A DNA stretch of 64,000 bases from Thermoproteota archaeon. GTDB taxonomy: Archaea; Thermoproteota; Thermoprotei_A; Sulfolobales; Acidilobaceae. The notes under the pieces were generated by a model that searched no databases, had not been told where the DNA came from, and saw only the letters and a list, made by a program, of their open reading frames with translations. Of the stretch, positions 58,729-64,000 are shown in pieces; position 1 is the first letter of the stretch, and the number at the start of each line of letters is the position of its first letter. The stretch spans positions 2,753 to 66,752 of the forward strand of contig JAUQQR010000001.1 of assembly GCA_030549835.1 (NCBI GenBank). Reading direction: 5' to 3'. Made by a program: the position numbers and the translations under genes.

Positions 58729-58993
58729 CCGTTTCCCATCCTAGGTTTTTGTATACTCCTAGGGTAAGTTGTGCCTCCTGCCCCGCGCTTCGCAGCTGCT
58801 ACCAAGCCACTCCACTCGGAGGTCATGGGAACCCTTCGAGCCCAACGGCATAAGGGCTTACATCTAATTTTTTATCCCTAGAATAGGATGAGAAATTAAA
58901 TCTTATAAACATTACCTCCCTAGTATAGTAGTACTTCTCCAAAAATCCTACAAAACCCTTATAAACCTAACGCACAAAACAGCTATCAACCCT
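58729..58993 (-). repeat. Full-length copy of the dispersed repeat, forming the leader directly upstream of the B3/B4-suhB-endA operon
   Basis: Its reverse complement is about 90 percent identical (by eye) to 62518..62699 apart from a segment of about 75 nt. It has two tttataag boxes and a GC-rich core. It ends 5 nt from the ATG at 58723. Confidence 0.75.
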
Positions 58994-59036
58994 AAATATA
59001 AGGTTTAAATTTAAATAGTATAAGCGAGGTTTAACT

Positions 59037-59489
59037 ATGAGTAGAGCTAAGTTAAGCCAAGAAATTGTTAGTATAGCTATGATTATAGGTATAGTCATTA
59101 TCTACATTATATTTAGATTTCAAGGTGGAGGACTTGCAGCAGTTGATGGTAAGAGTATGGAGCCACTATTACATACTGGAGATCTAGTAGTAATTATTAA
59201 GAAGAAAGATGTAAGAGAGGGCGATATTATAGTCTTTAAGTCTGGAGATAGATACATAATACATAGGGTTATATACGTATATGAAAATCATGGTTACAAG
59301 TGTTATGTAACTAAGGGGGATAATAATATATCTCCAGACTCTGGAGATCCTAGAAGGTGTCCTCCAGTATATGGGTTTAATATAGCTGGATACCCTGAAG
59401 ATGTAGTCTTAGGTGTAGTTGTATCTATAAGAGGTGCTCCAGTAAAGGTGCCATATATTGGTGGTGTAACACTCTTAGTTAGAGGTTAA
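59037..59489 (+). CDS. Archaeal signal peptidase I (S26 / Sec11-type)
   Basis: N-terminal TM, DGKSMEPLLHTGDLVVI (catalytic Ser), IIHRV and GDNN motifs. Confidence 0.75.
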   Translation: MSRAKLSQEIVSIAMIIGIVIIYIIFRFQGGGLAAVDGKSMEPLLHTGDLVVIIKKKDVREGDIIVFKSGDRYIIHRVIYVYENHGYKCYVTKGDNNISPDSGDPRRCPPVYGFNIAGYPEDVVLGVVVSIRGAPVKVPYIGGVTLLVRG

Positions 59490-59540
59490 GACGTGTATCT
59501 ATAGGCTTCCACCTTATAATAGCTTTTAGGATTACTTTGG

Positions 59541-60134
59541 GTGTGGAGTAGTTTGATTAATAGTATATCTGTAGCTATAACTGGATCAAGTGGTATTAGA
59601 GTCTCTCTTAGATTTCTTGAGGTAGTTCAGTCTCTAGGTCTAGAGGTTAAAGGTATAATAGTGACTGATGGTGCTTATAATGTAGCATTATATGAGGAGG
59701 ATTATAAGCCTGAAGAATTGAGAGAGAAGCTTTCAAAAATCTCAAGAGTATATGGTGATTATGACTTCACTTCTCCTCTAGCAAGTTCTAGTAATCAGCC
59801 AGATTCTATGGTTATAGTTCCTGCTAGTATGAAGACTATAGGGTTAATAGCCAATGGTATACCATCAACTCTTACTAGTAGAGCAGCTCTAGCTATACTA
59901 AGGCTTAAGAGAAAGCTTATAGTAGCTCCACGCGAGACTCCTCTAGGCATAGCCGAGCTTAGAAATATACTTAGACTATCTCTCATGGGTGCAACTATAG
60001 TACCTTTAACTCTATCATTCTATATTAAGCCTAAAAGTATAGATGACTTAGTAGATTTTAGCGTAGGGAAGATACTGGATACACTAGGAATTAAAACATC
60101 TATTTATAAGAGGTGGGCTGAGGTAGAAGATTAA
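59541..60134 (+). CDS. ubiX: Flavin prenyltransferase UbiX
   Basis: [22 protein letters not shown] and APRETPL motifs. Confidence 0.85.
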   Translation: MWSSLINSISVAITGSSGIRVSLRFLEVVQSLGLEVKGIIVTDGAYNVALYEEDYKPEELREKLSKISRVYGDYDFTSPLASSSNQPDSMVIVPASMKTIGLIANGIPSTLTSRAALAILRLKRKLIVAPRETPLGIAELRNILRLSLMGATIVPLTLSFYIKPKSIDDLVDFSVGKILDTLGIKTSIYKRWAEVED

Positions 60135-60185
60135 CTTAAGTTATATAAGCTTCAAAACCTATGTCCAACAATAGGATGACTTAGA

Positions 60186-60590
60186 GTGTCAGTATACCAT
60201 GGAAGAGACTTAAAGAAACCGACTGGAGGAGCTAGGAGTAGGAATTATAAGGTTAAGAGGAAGGCTATGACGGGTAAACTTCCAACAAATACACTACTCT
60301 CTAGCAGGAGTGAGGTTATAGTGGATAGATGTAGAGGGGGGAGCATAAAGGTTAGAGCTGTTAGAGTAGCATATGCTATAGTTTCAAACCCTAAAACAGG
60401 GAAAGCAGAGAAGGCTAAGATAGTTAAGGTCTTAGAAGTCCCGGCTAATAAAGAATATGCGAGAAAAGGTGTAATAGTTAAGGGGGCAATAATAGAGACG
60501 AGTGTTGGGAAAGCAGTAGTAACATCTAGGCCAGGGCAGGATGGAGTAGTTAACGCAATATTAATAGAAGAGGCTAAATTAGAGAGATGA
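60186..60590 (+). CDS. rps8e: Ribosomal protein S8e
   Basis: The HGRDLKKPTGGARS start is typical of S8e. 134 aa and basic. Confidence 0.9.
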   Translation: MSVYHGRDLKKPTGGARSRNYKVKRKAMTGKLPTNTLLSSRSEVIVDRCRGGSIKVRAVRVAYAIVSNPKTGKAEKAKIVKVLEVPANKEYARKGVIVKGAIIETSVGKAVVTSRPGQDGVVNAILIEEAKLER

Positions 60591-60901
60591 GTATAGGTAA
60601 AGAACTAAAAGGTAAGAAGATAGTAGTATGGCCAGTATACATAGATGAAATTGTAAGTAGAAGTTCTGGGAGGAGGATACCTAAGAGTAAAGCTGTTAGA
60701 AAACCTACAATAGATGAGATTAAAAACGCAGCAGAACTTTTAGGCCTAAATCCTCAAATTGAGAAGAAATCTTATCCTAGAGAATGGTGGGATTATAGAG
60801 TGAGAGTCTTAGTAGATAAAGTAGCACCTAAAAGGAGAATATTAGAGCAAATAGCCTCTAAAATCCTAGAGTTGAGAGGAAAGTCTAAGCTTCACTCCTA
60901 A
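60587..60901 (+). CDS. srp19: Signal recognition particle protein SRP19
   Basis: VVWPVYIDEIVSRSSGRRIPKS motif. 4-nt overlap with rps8e. Confidence 0.85.
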   Translation: MSIGKELKGKKIVVWPVYIDEIVSRSSGRRIPKSKAVRKPTIDEIKNAAELLGLNPQIEKKSYPREWWDYRVRVLVDKVAPKRRILEQIASKILELRGKSKLHS

Positions 60902-61625
60902 GCCTTAGAATATCTTTAAGTAATGGTATACTATGTATTTTATCTTCACTTAATAAACTCCATATTAGCCCTTTAGGTCTCTCTCCTCTATTTTCTACTC
61001 TAATAATTCTAGATGGGGTCACAATATAGTCTATAGGGACATCATAGGGGTCTTGCGGTATTCTATCTCTAAGTACCTGTAGATTGTGGACTGTTGTTGC
61101 TATCTTAATATCTGGATCTATGAGTTTAAGAGTTAGTAGTATAGCATACTCTAGCTCACCGTAACCCTCACCTTTACCGAGTCTTTCTCCATAAATATTT
61201 ACTACAACACTACCCTCAACTATAAAGTCTACTCTTTCTACTCTCCTAATAATTTCATTAATAGTTCTAAGCTTAACTCCAAGCTTAAAAGCCCCCCTAA
61301 TTGTTGAGGCTAGTCCATATAGCCTACTAGGTATTAGGTTTGGATCTAGTAGTATAAAGCCTTCACTAATTCTCGGTGTAGGCATTAGTAAGATTTTATT
61401 TTCATTTAAAGCTCTTAATCTAACCCATCTCTGTGGACTATCAGGATTTACTTTAATTACCTTAGCATTTCTCCACTCAGAAAGTCTTGTCAAGAGCTCT
61501 GCAGCTCTCTCTGCTCCTTCAAAGTTAGGTATTCTACCATGAGGTGGTAGTGGGGGTCTAGCTACACGCTTCTTAAGTAGAGTATCCCAAATAGTGTGTC
61601 TTAGGTGTTCTTTAGACTCTTTCAC
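60885..61625 (-). CDS. 5-formyltetrahydrofolate cyclo-ligase family protein
   Basis: HGRIPNFEGAERAA ... VNPDSPQ ... LMPTPR ... GKGEGYGELEY matches the MTHFS-family layout. Confidence 0.6.
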   Translation of the reverse strand: MKESKEHLRHTIWDTLLKKRVARPPLPPHGRIPNFEGAERAAELLTRLSEWRNAKVIKVNPDSPQRWVRLRALNENKILLMPTPRISEGFILLDPNLIPSRLYGLASTIRGAFKLGVKLRTINEIIRRVERVDFIVEGSVVVNIYGERLGKGEGYGELEYAILLTLKLIDPDIKIATTVHNLQVLRDRIPQDPYDVPIDYIVTPSRIIRVENRGERPKGLIWSLLSEDKIHSIPLLKDILRLRSEA

Positions 61626-62360
61626 CTAGAAAATCCTCCTCAATACTCTTAATGTTTCAAGTCCGCTGTTGAAGTCTAGGGGTGAGGATAATAGTATGCC
61701 ATCTGGGTCTAGGCTTAAGCTTTTAAGCGTATCAGCTAGTCTTATAGCTTCTTGAGGCTCACATAGCTTATCTCTACCTAGTAATCTCAATAATTTATCT
61801 CTATTCTTCTCAGTCATGAGAATAATGTAAGGATATATTTTTGAGTTATAGGTTTTCGCCTCTCTAACTATATACTCTAAAACGTCTATATTGTTACTAG
61901 TTAAGTTTAATAATAGGTAGAAGCTAGCTCCTACTCTTAACCTCTTCATTATCTCATCAATACTCTTTCTTAAGCTAAGAGTCAGGCCAGGATCTATGTT
62001 GAGTTTTAAGCTTCTCACAGTACCAACAGCGTCTTCTGGCTCTATATCTCTTATAATTGTAGAGCCCTTAACAATATCACCTCTAATAAATAATATCCTC
62101 TCTACACCACATAAAGTTAAGCTCCCTACAATAGATTCTAGGGCAGCTCTACTAACATCTATAACCCTAAGGTGGGCTATAACCCTAGTATTCTCAGCTA
62201 TACTCTTGACAAGACAACTCACTATTGGAGAAGAGAACCTAGATGTACCCATAGGCGAGTCTGGGATATCTATCCAATCTACCAACTCAGCAATACTACT
62301 AACTCTATACCTGAGACTATCCCTACTCTTTACGGGTTCTAACTCAAATAAGATCTCCAA
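61626..62360 (-). CDS. Methylenetetrahydrofolate reductase-like protein (short MetF/MTHFR family; tentative)
   Basis: IPDSPMG..R.S, AHLRVID and ILFIRGD resemble the MTHFR TIM-barrel motifs. Its stop abuts the start of the cyclo-ligase gene. Confidence 0.5.
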   Translation of the reverse strand: MEILFELEPVKSRDSLRYRVSSIAELVDWIDIPDSPMGTSRFSSPIVSCLVKSIAENTRVIAHLRVIDVSRAALESIVGSLTLCGVERILFIRGDIVKGSTIIRDIEPEDAVGTVRSLKLNIDPGLTLSLRKSIDEIMKRLRVGASFYLLLNLTSNNIDVLEYIVREAKTYNSKIYPYIILMTEKNRDKLLRLLGRDKLCEPQEAIRLADTLKSLSLDPDGILLSSPLDFNSGLETLRVLRRIF

Positions 62361-62517
62361 CTTCTAAACCTAAGAGTATTGAAATTATTAGAGCCTATAA
62401 AGTTAAAAAGCTTAAAACTTCTCAATACAACCTGAAAGCTTCGTAGTTTAGGGCAGAGACTATAAAGTATAGTCCATAATCTCTATAATTTTTAGTGTAT
62501 TATAGAGATAGCCGTGA

Positions 62518-62699
62518 AGGGTTAATAGCTGTTTTGGTGCGTTAGGTTTATAAGGGTTTTTGTAGGATTTTGGAAAAGTACTACTCTACTAGGGAGGTAA
62601 TGTTTATAAGCCTTATTCTCTCATCCTATCCTAGAGATAAAACTGCGAAGCTCGGAGCAGGAGGCACAACCCATCCTAAAAACCTAGGATGGGAAACGG
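62518..62699 (+). repeat. Short copy of the dispersed repeat with no ORF downstream
   Basis: Matches the reverse complement of 58729..58993 but lacks an internal segment of about 75 nt. Has tttataag boxes at 62547..62554 and 62603..62610. Ends in the hairpin cccatccta-aaaacc-taggatggg. Confidence 0.75.
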
Positions 62700-62987
62700 C
62701 TATTCTCAACCATGCCTAGAGCTTAAGAGTACTAGGCATGCTATATTCATGTATTATGCCTTCCACGGCTATCCATAGCCTAAGACTGGGCGCAGGGCTG
62801 AACTCAGTAAAAACTGGGAATGTAGCCCTAAACCTCTCCAGAACACTCACCCTTTAGGGCGGAGAGGAGGTCAGTCTTCCTATCTGAGACACATTATTAT
62901 ACTTGCTTTTCTAAGTATTTCAAGACTAGCTTTATAATAACTGCTAATAGCATTAAGTATTCGTAAAGTGGGGAGAGTTTGCTATGG

Positions 62988-63887
62988 TTAGACTCCATGA
63001 GATCCGAGATATAAGCCTATCATAGATATAAACATTAATATTAATATCCTCTTCTTATGGTTTAATATCTCAACTTTAGTAGGACTTCTAACTAGTTTTA
63101 TAGACTCATATACTACAATAATGTCTATGGGTATTATTACCGTTAAGTATGGAATAGAGTTAACTACACCTAGTATTGGGGGGATTAAGCTTATGGTTAC
63201 TGATGATATGTAGAGAGTTGAGGCTAACTTAGCAGCTGTATTTTCTCCGTAAGTATTGGCTATTGTCTTAACTCCAACTTTTAAATCGCCTTCTACATCG
63301 ATTATACCCTTAGCAATCTCTCTTCCAAGTACTGATAGAAATATCATTAGCCAGTATAGAAATGCTCTCATGTAATCACTACTACTCCACTCACCTGGGA
63401 GATAATAGTTCGCAAGTACTACTCCATAGACTAGAGGGAACGCTGTTAGAAAAGCTACAATTATATTCCCTATTAGTAATATCTTCTTACCTATAGCATT
63501 ATAGAAGTTAGCTAAAGCTAGGAAATATAGAGCTGTAATAGTTGTTAGAGGTACTGGTTGGACATTTAATGTTGATGTTAAACCTATAATTGCATATACT
63601 AATGAAGCTCTTAAAGCCGTATGTATATCAATCCTCCCAGAGGGTATAGGTCTCCATGGCGTGTTAAGCTTATCTGCCTCAACATCGAAGACATCATTTA
63701 TAGTCATAATAGAGAATACTATCATTAACCCAGCTACAGTAATAGCTAGAGCATCACCTAGAGGAATAAATACTGGAATATCGCCTGTCATAATGGCCAA
63801 GCCAAGAAATATAGATAAAACACCTAGTACAGCATTCATAGGCCTACCGAGCTCTAATAATGATAAGATAATCATAACTATACGCAT
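62988..63887 (-). CDS. UbiA-family prenyltransferase (digeranylgeranylglyceryl-phosphate synthase-like)
   Basis: NDVFDVEADKLNTPWRPIPSGRI motif and a second Asp-rich region (IIDVEGD). About 8 TM helices. Confidence 0.75.
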   Translation of the reverse strand: MRIVMIILSLLELGRPMNAVLGVLSIFLGLAIMTGDIPVFIPLGDALAITVAGLMIVFSIMTINDVFDVEADKLNTPWRPIPSGRIDIHTALRASLVYAIIGLTSTLNVQPVPLTTITALYFLALANFYNAIGKKILLIGNIIVAFLTAFPLVYGVVLANYYLPGEWSSSDYMRAFLYWLMIFLSVLGREIAKGIIDVEGDLKVGVKTIANTYGENTAAKLASTLYISSVTISLIPPILGVVNSIPYLTVIIPIDIIVVYESIKLVRSPTKVEILNHKKRILILMFISMIGLYLGSHGV

Positions 63888-64000
63888 AGAGTAGCACCTT
63901 TTTCTTAACAGCTCATCTGTCGGTTCATGTTAGTTTACATCACCATCTCTTTGTTAACCTCTAGTATCCACTTTAAAGTAATACTAAACGTTGCTCTCAT

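Noticed and set aside
62640-62880. A GC-rich structured-looking region 2 kb from srp19. I considered whether it is the SRP (7S) RNA or RNase P RNA.
   Set aside because: The left part is a multi-copy repeat. I find no helix-8-type GGAA/AGCA motifs, no helix-6 GNAR pattern in a long 5'/3'-paired rod, and no RNase P CR-I/CR-V sequences such as GAAAGUCC.
1-64000. Apparent abundance of the tetranucleotide CTAG, which is usually avoided in prokaryotes. I counted 4 in the first 600 nt, and it looks denser elsewhere.
   Set aside because: I cannot quantify observed against expected frequency reliably by eye. It largely follows from heavy use of CTA (Leu), TAG stops and AGx codons. It needs a proper k-mer odds-ratio calculation before it means anything.
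1-64000. I looked for CRISPR arrays, transposases or integrases, rRNA genes and classic defence genes.
   Set aside because: I saw no regularly spaced direct repeats and no DDE, serine or tyrosine recombinase signatures. I saw no rRNA-like GC-rich blocks longer than the tRNAs and the repeat copies, and no nuclease or helicase islands. The window is core-genome-like.

Overview
This is a 64-kb stretch of an AT-rich archaeal chromosome. Gene content points to a crenarchaeote/TACK-type hyperthermophile: ribosomal L38e and S8e, SRP19, Rpo6/RpoK, a TFE-beta-like factor, a short catalytic tRNA-splicing endonuclease subunit, Trm1, and an archaeal thiolase/HMG-CoA synthase/DUF35 plus HMG-CoA reductase operon. 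All calls come from motif recognition by eye in the supplied ORF translations; no searches were run.

Coding density is high and mostly housekeeping, with a strong respiratory and metal theme:
- Respiration: System I cytochrome c maturation (ccmC, a CxxxY-type ccmE, a frame-broken ccmF), heme O synthase, a cytochrome bd-type oxidase built from two CydA-like paralogs, and a TAT-exported Mo-bisPGD oxidoreductase operon (Psr-like ABC).
- Cofactor maturation: moaA and a broken fdhD with an fdhE-like neighbour.
- Metals: CopA, and a second atypical P1B ATPase next to a NikR-like repressor.
- Other: class II RNR, Trk K+ uptake, GlyA, type IA topoisomerase, and three intron-less tRNAs (Thr-GGU, Leu-UAA, Phe-GAA).

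I saw no rRNA, CRISPR array, transposase or integrase.

Three signals are not explained by ordinary annotation:
1. A transcription-unit-scale gradient in which the sense strand goes from G+T-rich (NNT codons) at the 5' end to A-rich (NNA codons) at the 3' end, on both DNA strands.
2. A dispersed, GC-enriched, TATA-box-carrying repeat family of about 180-290 nt, with at least 6 copies or fragments, usually sitting in sense orientation in long leaders upstream of genes.
3. Two copies of that repeat forming an 892-bp inverted-repeat cassette (about 280-bp arms, 29-nt perfect termini) that brackets an 84-aa ORF with inward-facing promoter-like cores.

Two, possibly three, respiratory-maturation genes carry frame disruptions.
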